The notes beneath the pieces are model-generated. The model worked only from the letters and a program-made list of their open reading frames with translations, searched no databases and was not told where the DNA came from. From Planctomycetota bacterium (lineage in GTDB: Bacteria > Planctomycetota > UBA11346), in contig JBBRLJ010000002.1 of NCBI GenBank assembly GCA_038231435.1, positions 128,001 through 192,000 of the forward strand: 64,000 nt of DNA, written 5' to 3'. The stretch's first letter is position 1, and each line of letters begins with the position of its first letter. Positions 9,501 to 19,073 of the stretch are shown one piece after another. A program made the translations under genes and the position numbers.

Positions 9501-11396
9501 ATGCCGCATCTCCGCTCGTCCATCGCCCTGCTGTGCTGCCTGCTGGCGTTGGTGACGCTCGCCGGGCCAGCTGGCGCCGCGGACGCCAAGCCGGCATCAG
9601 CGACGGACAAGGCCAAGGACAAGGATCCGGGCATCGCCGCCCGGAAGGCGCACCTCGAGAACGTGCTGCAGCACTTCAATCTCGGCGTCTGCGCATCGGT
9701 CGAATACCTCGACGAGACGCGCGATAAGAACGGCGCGAAATGGATGTTCCGCCAGCAGTACGTTTCCGGTGGCGCTGGCTGGGACGATAAACGCCAGACT
9801 TGGGACACGGTGTTCCTGTTCGACTGGAACAAATACGTCAATCCCGACAAGAAGCGCGGCGTGTGGCTCGACACCTGGGTGAAGGCGACGGTCGACCACG
9901 GCTACATCCCGTGGATCACCATGTACAACCTCGCGCAGTCGTTTCCCGCCGACTACAAGCCGGGTCCGCCGCAGGCGACGCCGGCCAACGCCAAGAACGT
10001 CGAGACCATGCGCTCGTACTGGGAGCAGGTGAAGCTGATGATGCAGATCTGCGGCAAGTACCCCGACAAGCCGATGGTCGTGCAGGTCGAGCCCGACGAG
10101 TGGGGGCACCTGCTGATCGCCGGCGGCATGCAGCCCACCAAGGTCGATGTGAAGGTCGGCTCGTCCGGCCTTGAGGAGCTCAAGGGCCTGCCCGACGACC
10201 TGATCGGCTACGCCTCCGCGTGGACCCGCCTGCGCGCGCGCTACGCGCCGATGAACGTGCTGATGTGCTGCAACCTCTCCGAATGGGACGCCAAGGGGAC
10301 GATGAGCGCCGCCAACTGGGCTCGCTACATGATCGAGTGCGGCGTCGACAAGTGGGATCTGGCGGTGGCCCAGTTCAGCGATTTCGATCTCGGTGCCCAG
10401 GGCAAGAAGCCGCCATACGCGCCCGACCGGACCATGTTCGCCTACTTCGATTCGTTCGAGGAACAGCTGAAGTTCGTGGAGGATTTCCACAAGGCGACCG
10501 GGCTGTGGATCTTCTATTGGCAGGTGGCGGTGGGGAACACCTGGTTCCTGTGCGAGAACCAGACGCCTGGCCACTTCACCGACTGCATACCGCAATTCCT
10601 GCTCGAGGACTATCCGCGCAACACCACCATCGCGCGCTACGTCCAGGCGGGATGCGCCGGCTTCATCTTCAATTCCGGCGGCATGCACTCCACCTCGGTC
10701 GATGACTCGGAGAAGGACGGCATCACCAATCCGCCGCCAACCCCGGGCAATCTCGGCCACAAGTCCGAATACCCCGACGACGATGGTGGCTACATGCGCC
10801 TGCGCTGCGCCAATTATTACAAGAACCCGTATCCGATCCTCGGCAAGTCCAAGGCCAAGGGCGCCGCCGACAAGCAGGACCAGGGCGCCCCCGCCGAGAC
10901 CCCGTCCGCTACGAAGGAACTGGCCGCGAAAGCTCCGCCCGAGACCTTCGCCACCTATCGCGACATCCTCAAGGAGCGGCTGTCCGCCGAGATCGCTGGC
11001 GGACGCCATCCGCGCTTCGCCTACAGCGCGATCCGCCAGGATGTGGTGGTCGAAGGGCTCGAGAAGGGCGTGTATTCGCTGAAGATGGTCGATGGCGGCT
11101 CGATGCTCACGGTGGAGCTGTTCAAGGACCTCAAGCCCGAGGACGGGAAGGCGATCGCCCTGGCCGTCGTGCGCTCGAACCACGCCGAGGACCACGCGCT
11201 CGCCGCGTTCTTCGCGCTCGCCGCCGGCGATCAGCGTGAAGGGCGAAACCAGCTTGGACAGGCGGGCGAGCAGGCCGCGGCCATCGAGGCGATCTTCGCT
11301 GCCAATGATCCCGCGGCGCCACCGGCCAAGCCAGCCGCGAAGCCGGCAGCCAATGTGCCCGACGACGCGAAAGCGGCAGCGCCAGAGAGCCGGTGA
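9501..11396 (+). CDS. Secreted putative glycoside-hydrolase-like (TIM barrel) protein with C-terminal SHD1-like/helical domain
   Basis: AGGAGG RBS and signal peptide. Aromatic-rich catalytic-like region with 'VEPDEWG', 'YWQV', 'DDDGGY'. Function is inferred. Confidence 0.7.
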   Translation: MPHLRSSIALLCCLLALVTLAGPAGAADAKPASATDKAKDKDPGIAARKAHLENVLQHFNLGVCASVEYLDETRDKNGAKWMFRQQYVSGGAGWDDKRQTWDTVFLFDWNKYVNPDKKRGVWLDTWVKATVDHGYIPWITMYNLAQSFPADYKPGPPQATPANAKNVETMRSYWEQVKLMMQICGKYPDKPMVVQVEPDEWGHLLIAGGMQPTKVDVKVGSSGLEELKGLPDDLIGYASAWTRLRARYAPMNVLMCCNLSEWDAKGTMSAANWARYMIECGVDKWDLAVAQFSDFDLGAQGKKPPYAPDRTMFAYFDSFEEQLKFVEDFHKATGLWIFYWQVAVGNTWFLCENQTPGHFTDCIPQFLLEDYPRNTTIARYVQAGCAGFIFNSGGMHSTSVDDSEKDGITNPPPTPGNLGHKSEYPDDDGGYMRLRCANYYKNPYPILGKSKAKGAADKQDQGAPAETPSATKELAAKAPPETFATYRDILKERLSAEIAGGRHPRFAYSAIRQDVVVEGLEKGVYSLKMVDGGSMLTVELFKDLKPEDGKAIALAVVRSNHAEDHALAAFFALAAGDQREGRNQLGQAGEQAAAIEAIFAANDPAAPPAKPAAKPAANVPDDAKAAAPESR

Positions 11397-11460
11397 ACCG
11401 GCGGTTGCCGCGGAGCGCGCCGGCGCTGGTGCCGCCCGACACACGGCCTACACCTCTGTC

Positions 11461-13851
11461 ATGCCAGAGGTGATCCCCGCCGAGGTCTCCACCACCTACG
11501 CATGGCGGGAGGAGCCCGAGAGCGGCGGACGGACGCGCTGCGTGGTGCGCCTCTACCGTTTCGCCGCGCGGATCCGCCCGGCCTCGCTGAGACTTCCCGT
11601 CCGGCCGTACCTGGTCCATCATTTCGCCGCCGACAACCGGCCCATGGATGTCGAGGTGCTCGCTCCGACGGGTATCGGCTGGCGCACGTTGGGTGCCCAT
11701 CGCGAGGATGGGACCCTGGCCAGCGATGCCGCTGGAGGCGCCGATCCGATCGTCATCGCCCTCGATGGCGCCGAGTCCGTCGCGTGGTTGATGGTGGTCC
11801 TTCGTCGCGCGCAGTACCGGCGCTGGTGGCCGGTGGCGGACACCCTCGATGGCCTGACGTTCTCAGGTGAACCCGGCGTCGAGGTGGACCCCGCTCCGGC
11901 CTCGCCCGACGCATCGGTCACGACCATCAGCCCCGCGTCCGACGCCGAGACCCCGCAGGCGCGGCGCATGCGGCTGGTCGACGGCTGGTGCGTGCAGGCG
12001 CGCGGCCACCTGCTCGCCACCTCGACCTCGTGGATCGTGCGTTTCGATCCGTGGAGATCGTCGCTCTCCACGCTCGCGTGCGATCCCGGCGCTCATGCCA
12101 GCTACGGCGCCAACCTGATCGCGAGCTCGGGGCCAGCCTACCACGAAGCCGGGCATGCGGCCGCGCGCGAGACCTTCGACGCGGCGCCGATGCGGCAGCT
12201 GGATGAGCGCGCCTACGAAGCGCGAGAGACCGAGATCATCCCCGGCGTGTTCCTGCGCATCGGCTTCGCGTTCACCGCCGCCGGTTTCCGCGTCACCGTG
12301 ACGCGCCGCAGCACGCGCCGTTGGCTGGCGTTGCGCCTTGCCGACCTGTCGCTCAGGCTCGACAGCCAGAACGCCATCCCCACGGTGTTCGCCCACGTGA
12401 TCGAGGATGGCCCGAGCGGACGCTGCGCCTTCCCGGTGTGCGTGCATGTGCCCGGCGGATCGATGATCGAGATCGACGGCGTGCGCGCTCCGCAGCGGGG
12501 CTGGGTGCGCTGCGACACCTCGTTCTGGGGCGGGCAGCGCCTCGAGCTGTGCGCCGGTGCCGATGGTTTCGCGCACGGACTGCACGTGGTCGAGGCCGGC
12601 ACGCATGCGGCGACGTTCGATGTCACGGTGCGGCAGTCGCCGTACCCGCGGGTATCTGGCGCGGCCGACCGCGACGGGAAACGCCCCGGCGCACATCCGG
12701 GTATGGAGGCCTATCCGACCGCGCTCGGGTTTCGTCCCGACTGGGGCGTGTTCACCAACAACGGCGCGTCCTGCCCGGTGGAATTCGTCACCCACGGGTT
12801 CGCCGAGCTGTGCGCGCACCAGCCCCCGCTGTCGCGCGACGGCTCGCTGACCGCGGTCGGCCTGCTGCGCGGCGCGCTGGACATCCAGCTGCGCCACGGC
12901 GGCTGGTACGGAAACGGCGTCGAGGACCGTTTCCTGGGCTCGCACCCGTCGGTCCTCTGGGCCTGCGCCACCTACATGGCGATCACGCGCGACCGCGCCT
13001 TCCTCGCGCGCCATGCGCCACGGCTGAAGAATCGCATGGAACGCCTGTTCGCGCTGGATCGCGACGGCGACGGCATCTTCGAATCCGCGTATCCCGGTTG
13101 CGGTGGCGCTCCCGGAGGCAGCAGCTACTTCGACCAGATCCGCGTCGGACACAAGGACGCCATCTCGAACCCCATCGCCTTCCGCGCGCTCGTGAAGCTC
13201 GCCGCGATGTGGGATTGGGCCGGAGATGGCGCCGCCGCGGATGCATGTCGCGCTCGCGCGCGCTCGCTCGCGGCCACGTTCGCGGACACCTTCACCGCTC
13301 CCGCCAGCGGCCGCATCGCCGGTTGGATCGACGCCGAGGGGCGGATGCACGATCACGCCTTCTTGTCGCCCACTACGCTCGCGGTGGCGTACGGCCTGAT
13401 CGAGGGCGAGCGCGCGGGCGCGCTGATGCGCGCCCTGTGGCGTTCGCTCATCGCCAGCGGTTTCGCCAGCTTCGCCCATGGCCTGCCACTGTCGCTCGCG
13501 CCCATCCCTCGCCGCGATTACAATCCGCACGGCCTCGGACATCCGGAGCGCGACGACGGCGCTGACACCTTCGGCGCCTTCCTCAACGGTGGCGTATCGC
13601 CAGCGTGGTGCGGCGAGGCGATCGAGGCGCTGCACCGCGTGGGCATGACGGCGGAGCGGGACCTGCTCATCGATGCGCTGCTGGTCGGGTACGCTGATGG
13701 CCGCCACGCCGGCGGACTGCATGCACGGCGCGATTGGTTCGCGTGGGATGGGACGCCCAGCGGTTACGAGGGCATGCTCTGCGACAGCTTCACGCCGTTG
13801 GCGGTGATCCTGAGGATCCGCTTCGGCTACTCCGAGCCGTCGTTCGCCTAA
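11461..13851 (+). CDS. Putative (alpha/alpha)6-barrel glycoside hydrolase
   Basis: C-terminal half has 'Y..ITRDRAFL', 'DRDGDGIFE', 'YFDQIRVGHKDAISN...AL', 'FLNGG', 'WDGTPSGYEG', typical of six-hairpin glycosidases. Confidence 0.7.
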   Translation: MPEVIPAEVSTTYAWREEPESGGRTRCVVRLYRFAARIRPASLRLPVRPYLVHHFAADNRPMDVEVLAPTGIGWRTLGAHREDGTLASDAAGGADPIVIALDGAESVAWLMVVLRRAQYRRWWPVADTLDGLTFSGEPGVEVDPAPASPDASVTTISPASDAETPQARRMRLVDGWCVQARGHLLATSTSWIVRFDPWRSSLSTLACDPGAHASYGANLIASSGPAYHEAGHAAARETFDAAPMRQLDERAYEARETEIIPGVFLRIGFAFTAAGFRVTVTRRSTRRWLALRLADLSLRLDSQNAIPTVFAHVIEDGPSGRCAFPVCVHVPGGSMIEIDGVRAPQRGWVRCDTSFWGGQRLELCAGADGFAHGLHVVEAGTHAATFDVTVRQSPYPRVSGAADRDGKRPGAHPGMEAYPTALGFRPDWGVFTNNGASCPVEFVTHGFAELCAHQPPLSRDGSLTAVGLLRGALDIQLRHGGWYGNGVEDRFLGSHPSVLWACATYMAITRDRAFLARHAPRLKNRMERLFALDRDGDGIFESAYPGCGGAPGGSSYFDQIRVGHKDAISNPIAFRALVKLAAMWDWAGDGAAADACRARARSLAATFADTFTAPASGRIAGWIDAEGRMHDHAFLSPTTLAVAYGLIEGERAGALMRALWRSLIASGFASFAHGLPLSLAPIPRRDYNPHGLGHPERDDGADTFGAFLNGGVSPAWCGEAIEALHRVGMTAERDLLIDALLVGYADGRHAGGLHARRDWFAWDGTPSGYEGMLCDSFTPLAVILRIRFGYSEPSFA

Positions 13852-13977
13852 GTCCGCGGCTCTTTTCCTCGTACTTACCTGAACGGCCTCCCCGCACGGC
13901 GATCTGTACGAGCCAAGCCCGATCCCAGCCAAATCCCTCCAGGACTCCCGAGATCCCAGACATAGTCCACCATGACC

Positions 13978-14006
13978 TTGACACGGGCTCATATGTTAGT
14001 TATCGT
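13978..14006 (+). promoter_or_regulatory. Sigma70-like promoter
   Basis: TTGACA (13978-13983), 17-nt spacer, TATCGT (14001-14006) in an AT-rich patch, followed by an AAGGAG RBS before ATG 14033. Confidence 0.65.
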
Positions 14007-14032
14007 TTACTTAATAACCAAGGAGAAAACCC

Positions 14033-14770
14033 ATGCTCGCTCCCCTGCGTCTGCTCTCGGCCTCTCTCGGCCTCATCGCCTGCCTCGGCGCCTCTGGCTG
14101 CGGCAACAGTGCTGCGCGCCCGCTGGTCATCGGCAATCCGCACCAGATGGGTGACCTCTACTGGAACGGCGCGCTCACCGACCGCCACGGCAACCGCTGG
14201 AACGTCGACGTGGTCCCCGGAGTCGCGCCGACCGCGGCATTGGTCGGCGACAGCTGGTCTCGCGCCGGTGGGTATCTCGCGAACACCGGCATGACCATGG
14301 GCGGCGAGGACGGCGTGGTGCGCAGCTCATACCGCTTCGCGTTCACCGACTGCATGGGCCACTTCATCGGACGCGGCATCCACGACGACTACGCCTCGAC
14401 CAATGCGCAACTCGACGAGCTGTGGACTGAGATGCCGTTCGGCTGGATGGCGCAGTGGCTCGGGCGCTCGACCTGGGGCTACGTGATCAAACCGGTCGGC
14501 CGGATCATCGGCGGCGGTGTCGGTTCGGTCGGCGGCATCGCGCTCGGCACTACGTTCGGAGCCGTCGAGGGCAGCGGCCGGGCCGTGCTCGGCGTCGGCG
14601 ACATCGCGGTGATGGGCACCGCCTACCCGATCGCGCGGATGGTCTGGCAGCAACCCGCCTACGTCTTCTCGGTGATCAACCGCGAGCCCGATCTCAAGCA
14701 GGACGGCAAGTGGGGCCTCCACGTGGTCAGCTACGGCGAGCCCGAACTCACCACCAGCGAACATCTCTGA
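14033..14770 (+). CDS. Hypothetical lipoprotein with glycine-rich hydrophobic segment
   Basis: Strong RBS and lipobox-like 'ASGC'. Contains 'IIGGGVGSVGGIALGTTFGAVEG'. Confidence 0.8.
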   Translation: MLAPLRLLSASLGLIACLGASGCGNSAARPLVIGNPHQMGDLYWNGALTDRHGNRWNVDVVPGVAPTAALVGDSWSRAGGYLANTGMTMGGEDGVVRSSYRFAFTDCMGHFIGRGIHDDYASTNAQLDELWTEMPFGWMAQWLGRSTWGYVIKPVGRIIGGGVGSVGGIALGTTFGAVEGSGRAVLGVGDIAVMGTAYPIARMVWQQPAYVFSVINREPDLKQDGKWGLHVVSYGEPELTTSEHL

Positions 14771-14838
14771 CACCAGGCAGAAATCCGCACGAGAGGCTCA
14801 AATCGCAACCCTCACATTTTTTTTCTTCACGGGGGGCA

Positions 14839-14970
14839 GCGCGGAGCGCGATGTTGGGGGGATCGCGAAGCGATCTCACATGCCCTTTGGGGCATGTGCC
14901 GGCCGGAGGCCGTAGCCCCCCAACAAAAAGCCGCTACGCTGGCGGAGGCCTTTGAAGGGCCTTCGTCAGT
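14839..14970. repeat. Multi-hairpin palindromic intergenic element
   Basis: TGTTGGGGG...CCCCCAACA encloses the hairpins GATCGC-GAA-GCGATC, CACATGCCC/GGGCATGTG and GGCC-GGA-GGCC. A further hairpin follows. Confidence 0.65.
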
Positions 14971-14979
14971 GGAGCCACG

Positions 14980-17694
14980 GTGCAGCAGAGCGGATTTCGG
15001 CGAACGGGTGGCGCGCGCTCCCGTCGACGCTGGGTGGTGGCGGCGCTGCTCGCCATCGCCGCGTCCTCTCCCGAAGCCTGGAGCGAGGACGCCTTCTTCC
15101 GCGACAACACCCGCACCGCGAGTTCCTCGGATCGTCCAAGCTCCGAGCCACGTCCCGCCAAGACGCCCAAGGCCAAGCCGGAAGCCGAGAAGACGCCACA
15201 GGTCGAGGAATGGCCGCCCAGCGAGGTGCGTGCGCTGAGCCTGCAATCCGAGAAGCTGTCCGAGGCCATCTTCAATCTCATCGAGGACGTCGAGATCGTG
15301 AAGCTGGGGTTCGGCGACGGCGGCCTGAGCGCACGCGCGGGCAGGCGCATCTTCGACAATCACAACGTCCTGGGCAGCTGGACGGTGATCGACCACCTGC
15401 GCATCGACCTGTCGTATCCGTTCTACTCGGTGACCTGGCCGGTGGTCGGCAACCTCACCGGCGGCTTCTCGGTCGGCGGCAGCATCGGCAACGATTTCAC
15501 CGACATCAGGCAGGTGATGCCGAAGGATTTCGCCCGCCTGCCGCCCATCCATGATCCCGCGGTCGCCTCCGAGGCGATGAAGGACTCGCAGCCGGTCGAG
15601 AGCGATCTGCCCGCTCCTGCTCTGCCGAGCGACGAGGACGTCGCGGACAAGACGCCGGTGTACGGCCCCGAGCCCGAACCCGAACGTTCGCGCGAGACCA
15701 CCAAGGCCTCGTGGTTCCATCCCTTCGAAGGCTTGAGCAAGGCCCGCTACGGCAGGCTGTGGAACATCCTCGGCTTCCCCATCCGCATACCCACCGAAGC
15801 CGAGTGGATCTCGCACATGGAGGATGGCGAGATCATCTCGTTCACCGCGAGCGGCACCATTGATGCCGGTCCAAGCATCGGCTGGTCGCTCGACGTCACG
15901 CAGCTGACCAGCGCCATCCGCGCCGACGCCTCGCTCGGAGTCTACGTCACTGGCCGATTCCGCGTCAGCATCCTGCGCGAGAATGAGCGCTTCGTGCGCG
16001 TACGCATCACCCGCCTCGCCGAAGCCGGAGGCAACGCCAACGCCGGCGGCTCGACGGGGGACGTCATCGAGGGCTTCACCGTCGCGAATGCCGCCATCGG
16101 CCGCAACAAGACCGCGGTCACGCCGTTCTCGTTCACCTTCTCCAACGGCAAGGGTCGCGCACTCGACCTGGCCTACCGTTACGACCTCGCCCAGGCCGCT
16201 GGACGGATGGCGTACGAGCAGGCGGTGAGCGGCCGTTATGGCACGTCCGATCAGCTCGCTGGCGGTTTCGATTGGCAGCGCGCGCCCGAGGATTCTGCGG
16301 TGCGCAAGATCGGCACGCGCTCCACGACCTACACCACCGACAGCAAGAGCTCGGGAGCCCGCTACGGATTCATCTACCGCCACAACCACGACGCGCGGGT
16401 CACCAACTCCGACATCATCGCCACCTTCCAGGAGGGCACCACGCGGGTGTTCCGCTCCGACATCGTGGATAGCCAGTCGTGGCGGTTCATCTGGGGCACC
16501 TTCGAGCGGTTGAACTACAGCTTCCGCTTCAACGTCGACCTCGACCGCTTCGAACTCGGCCAGGGCGACGCCATCACCCTGGTCGCGCAGGGCGAGATCA
16601 CCGACACCGACACCACGGGCGCGCAGATGCACGCCTACATGGACGAGGTCGAGTCGGCGGCGCAGCGGCCGGGATTCTTCCCGCGTCCACCGAAGTATTA
16701 TCCGGATCCGGATTTCCCCCATTACGATCCCGATCTGGGCTTCGATCGCAGACGCGACGATGCCGATCAGCAGCACTCCGGACGGACGATCGATTATTAC
16801 CGCGCCAGCTTCTTCTATCAGCTCACCTTCTCGCAGGCGCAGATCGAGAAATTCCTCGACACGCCGTACGAGCGGGTGTGGCCGGCGCTAGAGAAGGCGT
16901 TCGACGTCGGCGAAGGCACCTGGGGCAACGCGGCGAAACGCTTCGCATACGCGCTCGCCCATGCGCCGGAACGCGCGCTCAACATCCCCCTGTACGCGGT
17001 GAACATCCACTTCCGCGAGGGTTCCATGCTCGAGCATGCGCGCGCCATCCGCACTGCGTGGATGCATGCCAAGGCGCAGAAGACGGTGGTGGATCGGATC
17101 GGAGAACTCGGCCGCATGTTTGCGGACCGCCGCTACGGCCCTGAGCTGGTGCGGCTGCTGCGCGCGGTGCTCGAGGGCGAGAAGGTATCGTACGTCATCC
17201 AGGGCTCGAGCCACACGTTCGGCTACCTGCGCGACGAAGGCATCGGCACCACCGCCATCGATCCATTGCCCGAGCGCAAGGAGCGGCGGATCGACTTCGA
17301 CGCCGAAGGGGCGCGGCCCCAGGCCGATCCCGATGCCGCGGTGCGCAAGCTCTCGTGCACCGTCCTCGGCTCCGACCGTTACCGGGTGACGCTCACGCTC
17401 GACCCCGACGCGAAACCCCAGGCGCTCTACGTCTCCCTGGTCGAGGTCCGACCGTGGAAACTGCCCAGGACCGTGGCGCAGCAGGCCTACCTCAACAAGG
17501 ACAAGGCAATCACTGGCGGCGACAACACGCTGCTGGTGACGAAGGACACCGGATTCCTGGCGGAGCTGCTCTCCAAGATCGAGCCGGGCAACGAATACTT
17601 CCTCAAGGTGGCCTACACGCGCGATGGCGTCTCCTGGGGCCCCATCACCGAGACCCACTTCTCGGTCCCCCTCGCTCCGATCACGGCGCCCTGA
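14980..17694 (+). CDS. Large secreted hypothetical protein
   Basis: 904-aa ORF with typical codon usage, an N-terminal signal peptide ('RRRWVVAALLAIAASSPEAWS') and a beta-rich core. Confidence 0.82.
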   Translation: MQQSGFRRTGGARSRRRWVVAALLAIAASSPEAWSEDAFFRDNTRTASSSDRPSSEPRPAKTPKAKPEAEKTPQVEEWPPSEVRALSLQSEKLSEAIFNLIEDVEIVKLGFGDGGLSARAGRRIFDNHNVLGSWTVIDHLRIDLSYPFYSVTWPVVGNLTGGFSVGGSIGNDFTDIRQVMPKDFARLPPIHDPAVASEAMKDSQPVESDLPAPALPSDEDVADKTPVYGPEPEPERSRETTKASWFHPFEGLSKARYGRLWNILGFPIRIPTEAEWISHMEDGEIISFTASGTIDAGPSIGWSLDVTQLTSAIRADASLGVYVTGRFRVSILRENERFVRVRITRLAEAGGNANAGGSTGDVIEGFTVANAAIGRNKTAVTPFSFTFSNGKGRALDLAYRYDLAQAAGRMAYEQAVSGRYGTSDQLAGGFDWQRAPEDSAVRKIGTRSTTYTTDSKSSGARYGFIYRHNHDARVTNSDIIATFQEGTTRVFRSDIVDSQSWRFIWGTFERLNYSFRFNVDLDRFELGQGDAITLVAQGEITDTDTTGAQMHAYMDEVESAAQRPGFFPRPPKYYPDPDFPHYDPDLGFDRRRDDADQQHSGRTIDYYRASFFYQLTFSQAQIEKFLDTPYERVWPALEKAFDVGEGTWGNAAKRFAYALAHAPERALNIPLYAVNIHFREGSMLEHARAIRTAWMHAKAQKTVVDRIGELGRMFADRRYGPELVRLLRAVLEGEKVSYVIQGSSHTFGYLRDEGIGTTAIDPLPERKERRIDFDAEGARPQADPDAAVRKLSCTVLGSDRYRVTLTLDPDAKPQALYVSLVEVRPWKLPRTVAQQAYLNKDKAITGGDNTLLVTKDTGFLAELLSKIEPGNEYFLKVAYTRDGVSWGPITETHFSVPLAPITAP

Positions 17695-17793
17695 CCCTAG
17701 CTCATCCACAGCACGGGGCCGAGGGACTCGCGTTCACGAAGCAGCTCAAATATGCCTTTGACCGACCTCGGATGGCCTTCAAATCCAGCTCCG

Positions 17794-18159
17794 ATGACCG
17801 ACCCCACCCAGGTGACCAGCGGCGCCGCGCGCTTGTTCTTCCCTGAGGAGGGCTCGGAACTGCCGTTCACGGTGGAAAATAGATCCGGCTGCGTGGTGGT
17901 GCTCAACCTCGATCCCGCTGCCAACAACCACCCTGCGCTCGCGACCACGGCCAGTCACAAGTGGATCCATGGCCTGCGCGGCAAGTTGATCGTCGACTTC
18001 TCGCGCGTGCCGATGATCAATTCCTCGCTCTGCAATTGGCTGGTCAACCTCATGCGCTCGGCCAAGCCCTCGCCGGTGTCGATCATCGGGGCAAACGCCC
18101 GGGTCGCCGAAACCTTGCGGCTGCTGCGCCTCGACACGCTGCTGAGCATCGACAGCTGA
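17794..18159 (+). CDS. STAS-domain protein (anti-sigma-factor antagonist-like)
   Basis: 'LIVDFSRVPMINSSLCNWLV...GANARVAETLRLLRLDTLL' fits the STAS pattern. Confidence 0.85.
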   Translation: MTDPTQVTSGAARLFFPEEGSELPFTVENRSGCVVVLNLDPAANNHPALATTASHKWIHGLRGKLIVDFSRVPMINSSLCNWLVNLMRSAKPSPVSIIGANARVAETLRLLRLDTLLSIDS

Positions 18160-18287
18160 CATCAAGGCTGGCATAGCCAGCTGTGGAGATCCAGCTTCCG
18201 GTGGCCGACCGCCCATGAACGGCCAGCCTCCGCCCAGGGTTTCCGTGATTGGGTTCGCCGTTTGCCGCCTGCGGCTAGGCTGACGTG

Positions 18288-18545
18288 ATGACGACCCACC
18301 ATGCTTCCGTCAATCGCTCCGACGATAACGCCGCCGACAGCCTGCTCGAAGTACGCAACCTGCAGATCGTGGATGGCACCTGCCACTTCATCACTGACTC
18401 GCCGAGCATCGGACAGGGCGACGTCACTCGTATCGTCGATTGCGGATCACGATCCAGCCGTCGCGTGCGTGTGGTCGCCGTCGCCGAATCCCGCCTGACG
18501 CACAAGAAGCGGTCGTTCTGCGTCGCCAGGCTGCTCGAGGGATGA
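18288..18545 (+). CDS. Small hypothetical protein
   Basis: Fills an otherwise empty gap with plausible codon usage. No family recognised. Confidence 0.5.
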   Translation: MTTHHASVNRSDDNAADSLLEVRNLQIVDGTCHFITDSPSIGQGDVTRIVDCGSRSSRRVRVVAVAESRLTHKKRSFCVARLLEG

Positions 18546-18567
18546 TGTTCCGCGCGGAGTCGCCCAG

Positions 18568-18987
18568 TCAGTCCTCGTCGCGCGGCACCGACGAGTTCGG
18601 AGGCGCGTTCTTCACGACCTCCCGCAGCAGCTTCACCAGCTTCAGCGGATCGAGATTGCCCTTGTTGACGTAGTCACGGGCACCGAACAGCATCGCCTTG
18701 TCGACCTGAGCCTGGTCTTCCCAGCCGCTGAGGATGACGATGGGAGTGTCGTGGGCTTTCTCCTGCACGCGCTCGAACGTCGCGAAGCCCATGCTGTCGG
18801 GCAGAAAAAGATCGGTCAGGATCAAGTCGAAGGGCTGTCCTCGGTCGAGCACCGAGATCGCGCGCGCCAGGCGATCGCAGACCGTGATGTCGAGTTCGAA
18901 CGGCAGGTTCCGCGGCAGGTATTCCTGCAGCAGGCGGGCATCGCCCGGGTTGTCTTCGATGAGCAGGATTTTCGCGAGCATCGGCAT
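18568..18987 (-). CDS. Single-domain response regulator (REC)
   Basis: 'ILLIEDNPGD', phospho-acceptor in 'DLILTDLFLPDSMG', 'ILSG', 'DYVNKG'. Confidence 0.92.
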   Translation of the reverse strand: MPMLAKILLIEDNPGDARLLQEYLPRNLPFELDITVCDRLARAISVLDRGQPFDLILTDLFLPDSMGFATFERVQEKAHDTPIVILSGWEDQAQVDKAMLFGARDYVNKGNLDPLKLVKLLREVVKNAPPNSSVPRDED

Positions 18988-19073
18988 GTGGCCGTCATGT
19001 TCGGAGCCCCGCCCTGGCTGTCAGTGCCCATCCACCCGGGCCTCCACAGGCTCCCTGGCCTGGGACCGACGGC

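Noticed and set aside
14852..14924. tRNA gene
   Set aside because: Cloverleaf-like, but there is no GTTCRA T-loop, no D-loop GG and no 7-nt anticodon loop.
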